Positions 35,994-44,196 of a stretch of DNA of 64,000 nucleotides are shown here, piece by piece. Source of the DNA: Candidatus Thermodiscus eudorianus (GTDB lineage: Archaea; Thermoproteota; Thermoprotei_A; Sulfolobales; Acidilobaceae); contig WAOW01000003.1 in NCBI GenBank assembly GCA_015521085.1, positions 31,904 to 95,903 of the forward strand, written 5' to 3'. The position numbers and the translations under genes were made by a program. The notes beneath the pieces are model-generated. The model did no database searches. It worked only from the letters and a program-made list of their open reading frames with translations, and was not told where the DNA came from. Each line of letters begins with the position of its first letter. The stretch's first letter is position 1.

Positions 35994-36959
35994 CTAGACA
36001 CTGAACACGCTACGAGGAACCAAGGTGTATGCCCACCATGTGACGGGGTTGAACCCAGCCCTATAATATACCCCGTCTACCTCCGGCTCGCTATCAACTA
36101 TCACCCTCCTCGCTCCCCGCCTATACGCGTGCCACCTCACCGCGTCCACAAGCCTTCTCCCGAGGCCGAGCCCCCTATACGCCTTCCTCACCCCAAGCAA
36201 TGACAGGTACAGGGCTGGCTCGCCGCAGAGAGTCTCCATGGGATGGGCGACGGCGACGCCGGCCACATCTCCTCCCGGTGATAGTGTCACGGCGACGATC
36301 GTCCCAGGCCTCCGCCTGTAGAGGTCCTTGAAGTGGTCATCGGCATCTTCAACATCCCACGGTTCATAGTCTAGGTACTCGTCGAACGCGTCATTTATCG
36401 CATCAGCGATGCCTTCCAAGATTTTCCCCTCTGGGGGCTTTGTGAGTATCTCCAGCCTAAACCCTTCGGGCAGGTCCTGGGGAGGCTCAGGCAGGGCTAG
36501 AGCCTCCATTAGAATGTAGGCCGTGTCAACCTCCCCCGGGGAAATTCCGAGAGCCCTAGAGGCTAGGAGGTGCGTGTGCCTCCAGGCTATTCCAAGGGCC
36601 AACCCCACGAGTTCAGAGGCCCTAGAGCGGCCCTCCAGCGAGTTAAAGATCCGACGAGCCAGGAGCCTATAAGCCTCGACCGCTATGGGATATGGAAGGT
36701 CCGAGTCAACCACTATGAGAGCCCTCCCCATACCGATATCCTCTGCGACCCTAACCCTAGCCAAGCCAACGACTCGCCTAGATAAGAGGAGGGCGACTAG
36801 CTCCCCGCCGTAGCGCTCCTGCTCTTCCAAAGCCCTCTCAACGTCTTCCGGCCTGACATTCTCGACATAGCAGGCAACACCATAGGCCTCATAGACCCTA
36901 TTGTAAAGTCCCGCAGCCTCTCCAGCAAGATCTGAAGTGACTGGGACGATCTTATACAC
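35994..36959 (-). CDS. two-domain GNAT-family N-acetyltransferase
   Basis: 321 aa with the C-terminal acetyl-CoA motif LGVRKAYRGLGLGRRLVDAV and YYRAGF. Confidence 0.7.
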   Translation of the reverse strand: MYKIVPVTSDLAGEAAGLYNRVYEAYGVACYVENVRPEDVERALEEQERYGGELVALLLSRRVVGLARVRVAEDIGMGRALIVVDSDLPYPIAVEAYRLLARRIFNSLEGRSRASELVGLALGIAWRHTHLLASRALGISPGEVDTAYILMEALALPEPPQDLPEGFRLEILTKPPEGKILEGIADAINDAFDEYLDYEPWDVEDADDHFKDLYRRRPGTIVAVTLSPGGDVAGVAVAHPMETLCGEPALYLSLLGVRKAYRGLGLGRRLVDAVRWHAYRRGARRVIVDSEPEVDGVYYRAGFNPVTWWAYTLVPRSVFSV

Positions 36960-37105
36960 AACCCGCCACCAACCATCTATAGGATAATCAACTATATTAA
37001 TAGTAACTCATAGTAAAAACATGGAAATACTCTAGGATCGGTCTTCACAGTCGATTCAGCACTCCCTCCTCCCTACAGTGAGGCATGTAGGAATTAAATG
37101 ATGAT

Positions 37106-37342
37106 TCAGCAATCCTCTTTTAGGAGTTCGAAGTACTCCTCCCTAGTAAGGCCCGCCTCGGCTAATATTATTCTTATGAGTCCAGGCTTAATCCTCCTCC
37201 CCGGGTGCACTGGTACCACTACCCTAACACCCTGCTTGTTCACTAGTATTACATGCGAACCCCGCTGACGCACAGGCTCAAATCCTATCTTACCAAGTAA
37301 TTTGATGAGTTTGTAGGGGTCTATAGGTGTTATTCTAGGCAA
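37106..37342 (-). CDS. hicA: HicA-family mRNA interferase toxin
   Basis: 78 aa with LIKLLGKIGFEPVRQRGSHVILVN...VPVHPGRRIKPGLIRIILAEAGLTREEY. Confidence 0.85.
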   Translation of the reverse strand: MPRITPIDPYKLIKLLGKIGFEPVRQRGSHVILVNKQGVRVVVPVHPGRRIKPGLIRIILAEAGLTREEYFELLKEDC

Positions 37343-37571
37343 CAGCCTTCACTCTCTGGAGACCGACAACCCTACGTCTCAGTAGCTCCTCCTTCTCCTC
37401 CTCAGGAAGAGTCTCAAGATAAAGCTCTATAGCCTCCTTAGCATTCTCGATAACCTCATCCAAGCTATCCCCCTGCGTATGACAGCCGGGAAGCTCCGGT
37501 ACAACCGCGATGTAGCCCCCATCCTCATCTTCTAATATAACGACGCTAAACTCACGTACTCTCCTATTCAT
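37335..37571 (-). CDS. hicB: HicB-like (UPF0150) antitoxin
   Basis: FSVVILEDEDGGYIAVVPELPGCHTQGDSLDEVIENAKEAIELYLE. Overlaps hicA by 8 nt. Start at the ATG at 37571 (the track start is 37598). Confidence 0.8.
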   Translation of the reverse strand: MNRRVREFSVVILEDEDGGYIAVVPELPGCHTQGDSLDEVIENAKEAIELYLETLPEEEKEELLRRRVVGLQRVKAVA

Positions 37572-38067
37572 TATGCTAACCCCACGATAGTAATACATGG
37601 ACTAATCGCCTAAAAACACCCCTCTTAAATTAATTAGCACCCTCTAAGAATCCATAACAGGAATTATAGCCAAAAACAAACACCCGCTCTATCATTCACG
37701 GAGGAAGCTGTCACAGCAATCATCAGCTAAGATAAGACTAGTTATGCTCAAGCTTTGATTCTACGCTTAATCCCCCTAGCCTCAACACCTTCAGACACAC
37801 CAGCACTCACACATCCAGGTAAATAATAGCGATGGAACCTTATCGACATCCCCAAACTAAAAGACGGTGATGGGTCCACTATGAGTCTAAACCTCGGGGG
37901 ACTCCCACGGCTCTGAGACCCCACTGTAGAGATAGAAGCTGATAACCGAGTAATCAATAACATTCAGAAATCAAATCCAGGACAACTCGCCAGGCCAGGA
38001 GAGGCCAATCCTCTCCAGCATGTTATCCATTACTTTTATCTGCTACTTGCATAGCCCTTAGTATCAG

Positions 38068-38298
38068 GTGAGTCTTGTGGAGATTAGGGTTAGCTACGAC
38101 AGGATTGCCGACGCATTATATGTCAAGCTGAGAGACGATAAGATTGCTGACTCTGACGAGGTTGCTCCAGGCGTGATAATAGACTTTAACGATAAAGGGG
38201 AGGTCGTTGGAATAGAGGTGCTAGAATTCTCCCGAAGGAACGTAGACTTGAAGAAGCTAGTCATGGAGGGCCCTGAGGCCCTGGTGGCCAACGCTTGA
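38068..38298 (+). CDS. DUF2283-family small protein (putative antitoxin partner of DUF4258)
   Basis: 76 aa. YDRIADALYVKLRDDKIADSDEVAPGVIIDFNDKGEVVGIEVLEFS is the typical DUF2283 pattern. Confidence 0.7.
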   Translation: MSLVEIRVSYDRIADALYVKLRDDKIADSDEVAPGVIIDFNDKGEVVGIEVLEFSRRNVDLKKLVMEGPEALVANA

Positions 38299-38526
38299 AG
38301 ACACGTTACACACTCCACGCACTGGAGCGTATGAGGCAGAGAGGCGTAAGCCGCGGGGAAGTAGAGGCCTGCCTGAGCAACCCGGATAAGATTCTTGAGG
38401 ACAAAGAGTCGAAGTGCGTAAAGGAAACTAAACGATAAAGCCCTAGTAGTTGTCTACAGGATGGAACCCGATGCAATCATAGTGATAACAGCCTACCACA
38501 CATCAAAGCTACACAGGTACCTGTAG
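38295..38526 (+). pseudogene. DUF4258-family (toxin-like) gene split by a frameshift / premature TAA at 38436
   Basis: My own translation from the TTG at 38295 gives MKTRYTLHALERMRQRGVSRGEVEACLSNPDKILEDKESKCVKETKR*. The next frame continues NDKALVVVYRMEPDAIIVITAYHTSKLHRYL*, which is the expected DUF4258 C-terminus. Confidence 0.6.
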
Positions 38527-38679
38527 TTAAAGGGTAGAGGCGGGAGAGGCATCAAGACAACAAAACACTATTGATAATGCCGTAATCCTCTGCTAGCCCG
38601 GATTCAAGATGTAGCGGGCCCAGCCGGGGATCCAGGACCCAGATGCATCCACAACCCTGGAGTCCACAGTCTTTGCCTT

Positions 38680-39072
38680 TTATCTGGCGGGGCCGCCGTA
38701 GAATATTAGGTAGCCGAACCTGGCTAGCACCTCTGCCCGTGGGTCGCCGGATTTATAGGGTTTGAGCCTGTATGTTAGCGTGTCTGTCGCCTCTAGCAGT
38801 CCCATGTCTGCGAGTTCTTGTAGTAGGGTGCTTGCTAGGCCTGGGGTTAGGTCTTCCCTGGAGACTCCCCAGTCTATATCCGGGTGTTCGTCCATTAGGG
38901 CTTTGGCTTCGCTGGCCACGTTCTCGGGCGATATCTTCTCGCCCTTGTCGCTCAGCCTTATGGCGGCTAGCATTGCTAGTACTAGTCCCTTCCTGTCGCC
39001 TTTCTTGAACTTTTCCAGTAGCTTGTCCAGCTTCTCCTTGAGTATCGTTATGTCTGCCATCCCGCAGATCAC
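38680..39072 (-). CDS. hypothetical protein, possibly winged-helix
   Basis: 130-aa ORF with coding-like composition. LLQELADMGLLEATDTLTYRLKPY resembles a wHTH recognition helix plus wing. No family recognised. Confidence 0.4.
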   Translation of the reverse strand: MICGMADITILKEKLDKLLEKFKKGDRKGLVLAMLAAIRLSDKGEKISPENVASEAKALMDEHPDIDWGVSREDLTPGLASTLLQELADMGLLEATDTLTYRLKPYKSGDPRAEVLARFGYLIFYGGPAR

Positions 39073-39115
39073 CTCCCGGATTCCTTCATGTCTGGGAGGG
39101 CCTCGGCTATAATAA

Positions 39116-40507
39116 TTAGTCTGCTGGTGGCACTGGTGTGGGCTTGATGACGGGCTTGGCCCACTTCCAAGACAGGATCCACGCCACGGAGGCCATGCCA
39201 GTGATCCAGTTGCTGAGGCTCATCCCAGTCCACAGGCCGAGATCGCCCAATCCCAGGGTGTAGGCGAGGTAGTATGAGAGGGGGATCCTGAGGATCCAGA
39301 GCCTGCCTATTCCTATCACGCTCATGAAGAGCGTGTGCCCGCTGGCCCGGGCTATGCTGTTGCCCAGTATGAACAGGTCGAAGCCCAGCACGCTGGGGCC
39401 GAATATGAGGAGCATCCTGTTGGCGGGGCCGACCACGCTGGGGTCCTTCGTGAATATGCTTATGAAGGCTGATCTGAAGAGGACGAGGCCAACTATATAG
39501 ACGCCTATGAACGCGGCCAGTAGCAGGAGCCCGGTCTTGGCGGTCCTCTTAGCCCTATCTATGAGGCGCGCGCCGAGGCTCTGGGCCACTATTATGCTCG
39601 TCGCCCTAGCTATGGGGAAGGATAATACGTGGTCTATGTTGAGCATCACCTGCCCTATACTATAAGCCGCCACTACGGGCGTGCCGAGCCCATTGACTAT
39701 GCCAACCATGACTATGAAGCCGAACACGGTCATCAGCCTACTCGCGACCATCGGAGCCGATATCCTGGCAATCAACCCGGCCAACAACCTGTCGGGGACC
39801 AGGTCAGCCGGGTAAACCCTGAGGCCGTGGCGGCCCGTCGCAAAGCTATAGGCCGCGTAGGCGCCGGCAACTATGTTGGAGATGAGGGTCGCCAGGGCCG
39901 CGCCCATAACGCCCAGGCCGGCCTCGAATATCAACACCGGGTCCAGGGCGAAGTTGAGCAGCGTCGAGGCTATGCTAACCTTGGTCGGCGTCACCGTGTC
40001 GCCTATAGCGCTCAGGGCGAAGTTGAAGGTCAGGAAGAGGTACATGAAGGGGACCCCGGCTATGGTAACGGCTATGTAGGAGTCCACGTATGAAAGCATC
40101 TCCGGGGTAACACGGGTCACGTCCATATAGAGGCTCCTGCCGGCGTAGAAGAGCAGGGCCCCAGGGACCCCTATAGCCATCAGTAGCCCCAGCACGTTCC
40201 CAAGGCTCTTGGAAGCCATCCTATAGTCTCTCGCCCCAACATACTGGCCCACCAGGGCCGAGACGGAGCTGGCGAGGCCGAACCCTATGCTCATGAGGAC
40301 GCCCATGAAGGGCCATGAGACCGTGGGAGTCCCCAGCGCCGCCGGCCCGAGCCTTGAGAGCCAGAAGGTGTCGACTATGTTGTATAGGTTCTGTATGCTC
40401 CCCGAGACGAAGAGTGGGAGGCTGAGGGATATGATCAGCCTGGCTATGTTCTCCTCGGTCAGCAGCCTCTCGCGCCTCTGCGTTATCGCGTCGTGGCTCT
40501 TGTCCAA
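39116..40507 (-). CDS. MATE-family efflux transporter
   Basis: 463 aa with 12 hydrophobic segments and an N-terminal LSLPLFVSGSIQNLYNIVDTFWLSRLG typical of MATE. Confidence 0.85.
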   Translation of the reverse strand: MDKSHDAITQRRERLLTEENIARLIISLSLPLFVSGSIQNLYNIVDTFWLSRLGPAALGTPTVSWPFMGVLMSIGFGLASSVSALVGQYVGARDYRMASKSLGNVLGLLMAIGVPGALLFYAGRSLYMDVTRVTPEMLSYVDSYIAVTIAGVPFMYLFLTFNFALSAIGDTVTPTKVSIASTLLNFALDPVLIFEAGLGVMGAALATLISNIVAGAYAAYSFATGRHGLRVYPADLVPDRLLAGLIARISAPMVASRLMTVFGFIVMVGIVNGLGTPVVAAYSIGQVMLNIDHVLSFPIARATSIIVAQSLGARLIDRAKRTAKTGLLLLAAFIGVYIVGLVLFRSAFISIFTKDPSVVGPANRMLLIFGPSVLGFDLFILGNSIARASGHTLFMSVIGIGRLWILRIPLSYYLAYTLGLGDLGLWTGMSLSNWITGMASVAWILSWKWAKPVIKPTPVPPAD

Positions 40508-40606
40508 TACGCTGGTCCCGGGGCTCCAATAATGGGTTTATCTAGTTTATAGATATATCTAGGACCAAGACCCGGCCGAAGGGACCCCTCCCTATAAGGG
40601 CTGGAC

Positions 40607-40617
40607 GAGGGTCCCTC
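40607..40617. repeat. GAGGGTCCCTC palindrome copy abutting the TAG stop of the CBS gene (minus strand reads CTAGAGGGACCCTC); a variant GAAGGGACCCCTC lies at 40578-40590
   Basis: Read directly from the sequence. Confidence 0.9.
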
Positions 40618-41021
40618 TAGGGGAACTCGCTTGAGGCCAGTATAGCCCTCAGGGCATCCCTCACGCTTATGACGCCGACGACCCTGCCAGAGGAGTCTAC
40701 TACGGGGAGATGCCTTATCCCATGCTCCAGCATTATCTGCCCTGCCTTAACTATGCTCTCATAGGGGGCCACCGTGACTACGTGTTCCGTTATGTAGTCC
40801 CCGACCCTGCCCTTGTCGGGGTCTGCCTCCCCCGCTATAGCCCTGACCAGGTCCCTCTCGGTGAATATCCCCTTGAGCTTCATCCCGTCCCCGACAACGA
40901 TTATACTGCCAACCTTGTTCTCCGCCATGAGCCTAGAGGCCTCCCGGAGGCTGGTGTCAGTGGTGCACGTCACGATCCTGTCCCTGCGCATGTACTCTGC
41001 GACGGTAGCCATACACCGCAC
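40617..41021 (-). CDS. CBS-domain pair protein
   Basis: 134 aa with VGSIIVVGDGMKLKGIFTERDL and RHLPVVDSSGRVVGVISVRDA. Confidence 0.85.
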   Translation of the reverse strand: MRCMATVAEYMRRDRIVTCTTDTSLREASRLMAENKVGSIIVVGDGMKLKGIFTERDLVRAIAGEADPDKGRVGDYITEHVVTVAPYESIVKAGQIMLEHGIRHLPVVDSSGRVVGVISVRDALRAILASSEFP

Positions 41022-41093
41022 CCTACTCTATACAAGTATGTTATCGGGGGATATCAAGGTTAGACGATAAAGCCAGCCGAGGCCAACTAGACT

Positions 41094-43046
41094 ATGACAT
41101 GGGGGGTGCACGGTAAAATGCTAGACTACAACGTCATGATCCTAGACGCCGGCAAAGGCAAGGCGAGGGAAGCCAAGGTAAAGGGCGTGACTGGCGCCGT
41201 AGACGCGGGCCTGAGGATACACGAGGACAAGGCCTCGTGGAACTATCCGCCGCTCTCAAGCGGGAACCCCCTATTCATCGGCATAGGCCCCCTGGCAGGC
41301 GGCCCCCTCTTCGGGAGCCACAGGCTTGTCTTCGTGTTCAGGAGCCCGGTGAGCGGCGGGATCCATGTGAGTACCATGGGTGGGGCCGCCTACGACTTCG
41401 TGAGGACAGGGCTCGACGGGATAGTTATCGAGGGCTATTCGAAGGACCCTGCGATAGTCCTGGTCCTGGGTGGCGAGTCGGGCGTAGAGGTGCGCTTCGA
41501 GTACGTGGAGTGGGAGAGGCTCTGGAGGATCTATAATGGCAGCCCACGTGGAACTCGGGGACTGCACAGCTACATAGCCAGGGAGGTGCTAGACGAGAGG
41601 GTTAGGAGGAGGTACAGGCCCCGGATAATCCTGGTGGGGCCCGGAGCTTACACCACCAGGTTCGCCGGGATATTCTCATGGCTACCAGGGCCAGACTGGG
41701 CTCCAGGGCCTGTCGTGGACAGCGCTAGCAGGGGTGGTGGGGGCAATGTGATGGCGCAGGCCCACGGGGTCGTGGCCATCGTATTCGGTGGCGTGGATGG
41801 GGGGAGCAGGTTTGACAGGAGCAGGGTTGTCGACGCGGTGTCTAGGGTCCTCGGCGGGAACTATTATAGGGTTGTCGAGGAATCCACTAGGAAGTACAGG
41901 TATGATCCATCCCTGGATACGGGAGGCACGTTCGGGGTCAACTATGTGCACTACCGGGAGCTCATACCGGCCCTAGCCTACAACACCATATACTATTCCC
42001 CCGCTGTTAGGCTGGCGCTCCACGAGAAGATTATGAGGTGGTTCTGGCGTCCCTTCCAGGAGAAGGTCTTTGTGGTTGAGAAGGCTAGGGCGTGGAGGAC
42101 CTGCGGGGAGCCCTGCAGCGTTGTGTGCAAGAAGATCTGGAACAGTGTGAAGCTGGACTACGAGCCGGCTCATGGGATGGGGCCAATGATAGGAGTCATA
42201 ACGCTGGAGGACGCCGCGGGCCTAGTCGAGTTGGTGGACGACCTGGGTCTCGACGCCATAGAGGCGGGCCACACGATAGCATGGCTCTACGACGCGATAG
42301 AAAAGGGCCTCATCAAGCCCGGGGAGATGGATCTGGACGAGAGGCCCGTGCTAGACCCGCTGGCACTAGATCCGGCCACGAGCAAGGTCAACGCCGTCGC
42401 CGCTAGACGCCTGCTGGAGAGGTTGGTCGAGCGCCGGGGGGAGGTGACGTCGCTCATTGCATTGGAGGGTGCCAGGGAGGCCGCTAGGATACTCGACGAG
42501 GTGTACGAGGTGAGGACCGGTAGCTCCGGGTGGAGGTTCAGGGACCTGCTAGTCTACGCCTCCTTCGGCGAGACGGGCTACATGACGCCGAACTACTACT
42601 GGAGCCCCGGCATGGTGGCCCCCATGTTCCTGCTGGGGAGGTACTGGACCAACTACAGCCCCTCCTACACCTCCCCCGAGGACTACGCGGTGCACAGCTA
42701 TAGCAGGGCCATAGCAGAGCTCTCCATTGACAACGCGGGCCTGTGCAGGTTCCATAGGAGGTGGGCTGAGAAGGTCCTCCAAGCCCTATACCACGAGGTC
42801 ATCGGCGTCGATGTAGACCTGTATGAGAGCTCGCGTGAACTGTACAGGCGCATAGCCCTCTACCAGGTGAGGGCCGGGGCAGAGCCGAAGCCCTGGGAAT
42901 CCAGGAAGACCATGGACCTGGTAGCGACTATAGCGGCTGAGGTTGGCTATCCCGGCTGGGAGAGCCTAGTCGGCAACTACGACGCCATACTAGATTGGTG
43001 GCACCAGTTCTATGGCAAGCTCATGGACCTGGTCGGGGGAGTATGA
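41094..43046 (+). CDS. aldehyde:ferredoxin oxidoreductase (AOR) family tungstopterin enzyme, divergent member
   Basis: 650 aa with an AOR N-domain (IGIGPLAGGPLFGSHRLVFVFRSPVSGG...GGAAYDFVRTGLDGIVIEG), a Cys cluster (CGEPCSVVC), VDDLGLDAIEAG and DNAGLCRF. Neighbours are a radical-SAM protein and MoeA. Confidence 0.75.
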   Translation: MTWGVHGKMLDYNVMILDAGKGKAREAKVKGVTGAVDAGLRIHEDKASWNYPPLSSGNPLFIGIGPLAGGPLFGSHRLVFVFRSPVSGGIHVSTMGGAAYDFVRTGLDGIVIEGYSKDPAIVLVLGGESGVEVRFEYVEWERLWRIYNGSPRGTRGLHSYIAREVLDERVRRRYRPRIILVGPGAYTTRFAGIFSWLPGPDWAPGPVVDSASRGGGGNVMAQAHGVVAIVFGGVDGGSRFDRSRVVDAVSRVLGGNYYRVVEESTRKYRYDPSLDTGGTFGVNYVHYRELIPALAYNTIYYSPAVRLALHEKIMRWFWRPFQEKVFVVEKARAWRTCGEPCSVVCKKIWNSVKLDYEPAHGMGPMIGVITLEDAAGLVELVDDLGLDAIEAGHTIAWLYDAIEKGLIKPGEMDLDERPVLDPLALDPATSKVNAVAARRLLERLVERRGEVTSLIALEGAREAARILDEVYEVRTGSSGWRFRDLLVYASFGETGYMTPNYYWSPGMVAPMFLLGRYWTNYSPSYTSPEDYAVHSYSRAIAELSIDNAGLCRFHRRWAEKVLQALYHEVIGVDVDLYESSRELYRRIALYQVRAGAEPKPWESRKTMDLVATIAAEVGYPGWESLVGNYDAILDWWHQFYGKLMDLVGGV

Positions 43047-43384
43047 CCGGGTTGTGCAAGCGCAGGATCAGAGACGCCCTGGTAACCAGTGCATCGGGTA
43101 CCCACAGGGCGGAGGCATACCTCCACGAGAAGGGTTGCATGGGCGCATCGCAGACCCACATAGACATAGTCCTCGCGAGGGACCCCTGCGGGCTTAGAGA
43201 GCTACTAGCCAGGAGCGGGCACTGCGTCAGGGCAAGCCACGCCGGAGGCGAGGTCTTGGTCGACCTCAGCGGCATGCTAGGATTCCCGTGCACCATAGTA
43301 TTCGAGGATCCCGGGGGCTTCTCCCGGAGCCGCCTGTACCTGATGGCAACCAGGTCCGGGGCCCTCTACGTCTCCAGGTGCTAG
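43043..43384 (+). CDS. hypothetical 113-aa protein
   Basis: The ATG at 43043 overlaps the AOR stop (ATGA). The ORF is Cys-rich and no family was recognised. It could be non-coding. Confidence 0.3.
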   Translation: MTGLCKRRIRDALVTSASGTHRAEAYLHEKGCMGASQTHIDIVLARDPCGLRELLARSGHCVRASHAGGEVLVDLSGMLGFPCTIVFEDPGGFSRSRLYLMATRSGALYVSRC

Positions 43385-44157
43385 GGCTCGACCGCCTGGT
43401 AGGGCCTGAACCCCCTCTTGTCTAGTAGCTCCTTGACGTGTGGGTACAATACTATGTACTCGGGCTCCAGCTCTTCCACGAGCCTCGGGTGTATGGCCTC
43501 TAGCCTGGATAGAATGTACCGGTACCGGGACGCCTCCACGAGCCCCATGACGAGGCTAGCCCTGAAGTCCCTGCCCGGCACAAAGCCCCACTCCAGGAGC
43601 CTCTCAAGGCTCTTGAGCTGTAGGTCGAAGCCCCACCTACAGGCCCCGGTGACCCTCTCGAATACCTCCGGGTCGGGCGCCTTGAGGGAGACACGGATGA
43701 AGACGTTGCCCCTCGGCAGGTCACGGGCCTCTATGAGGCCGGCTCCTATCAGCACACCATTAGTCTCCAACACGAAGAACCTTCCCCTGGATGTAGCCAG
43801 CTCTATAACCCTCCTGGTGTGACTCCAGCCTATGGTCGGCTCTCCGCCCGTCAGGCGGACTAGCCTGTAGGGGCCCGCCGCGACCAGTCTCCTGGCGGCC
43901 TCGATTGGATCCAGGAGGAAGCCGGCCTTGGTCTTGAAGGCGTATCTCCAGGCCCAGCAGAAGGCGCATCTAAGATTGCAACCGACCACGTCGCCTGCGT
44001 TGTTGCCTCCGTAGTGGCGTGAGCTCCTAAACCTCCAGTACCTCCTCGCTAGTCCCCGAGCCGTCTCCCTGGTTACCTCGGCCTCCACCCTCCTAGAGAG
44101 CTTGACGGGGTCTATGCACCCCACTATCGACGCAACCCCCATGCAGGTGTATACCAC
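43381..44157 (-). CDS. radical SAM protein (AOR-associated cofactor-modifying Cmo-like)
   Basis: 258 aa with the CNLRCAFCW CxxxCxxC cluster motif and GGEPT. The link to AOR maturation is contextual only. Confidence 0.7.
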   Translation of the reverse strand: MVYTCMGVASIVGCIDPVKLSRRVEAEVTRETARGLARRYWRFRSSRHYGGNNAGDVVGCNLRCAFCWAWRYAFKTKAGFLLDPIEAARRLVAAGPYRLVRLTGGEPTIGWSHTRRVIELATSRGRFFVLETNGVLIGAGLIEARDLPRGNVFIRVSLKAPDPEVFERVTGACRWGFDLQLKSLERLLEWGFVPGRDFRASLVMGLVEASRYRYILSRLEAIHPRLVEELEPEYIVLYPHVKELLDKRGFRPYQAVEP

Positions 44158-44196
44158 TAGAGGATTTATGCTGGGGCCAGTAATGAGGGGATAACG

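Noticed and set aside
37748-37963. 71-aa minus-strand ORF in the 470-nt gap of the accessory island
   Set aside because: It has no motif, an S/R/P-rich composition and no obvious promoter or SD. I kept only the observation that the gap lacks a convincing gene.
42995-43042. Upstream GTG extension of the 113-aa ORF into the AOR gene
   Set aside because: The ATG at 43043 forms a typical ATGA stop-start overlap with the AOR gene, so the extension is unnecessary. The ORF itself stays low-confidence.
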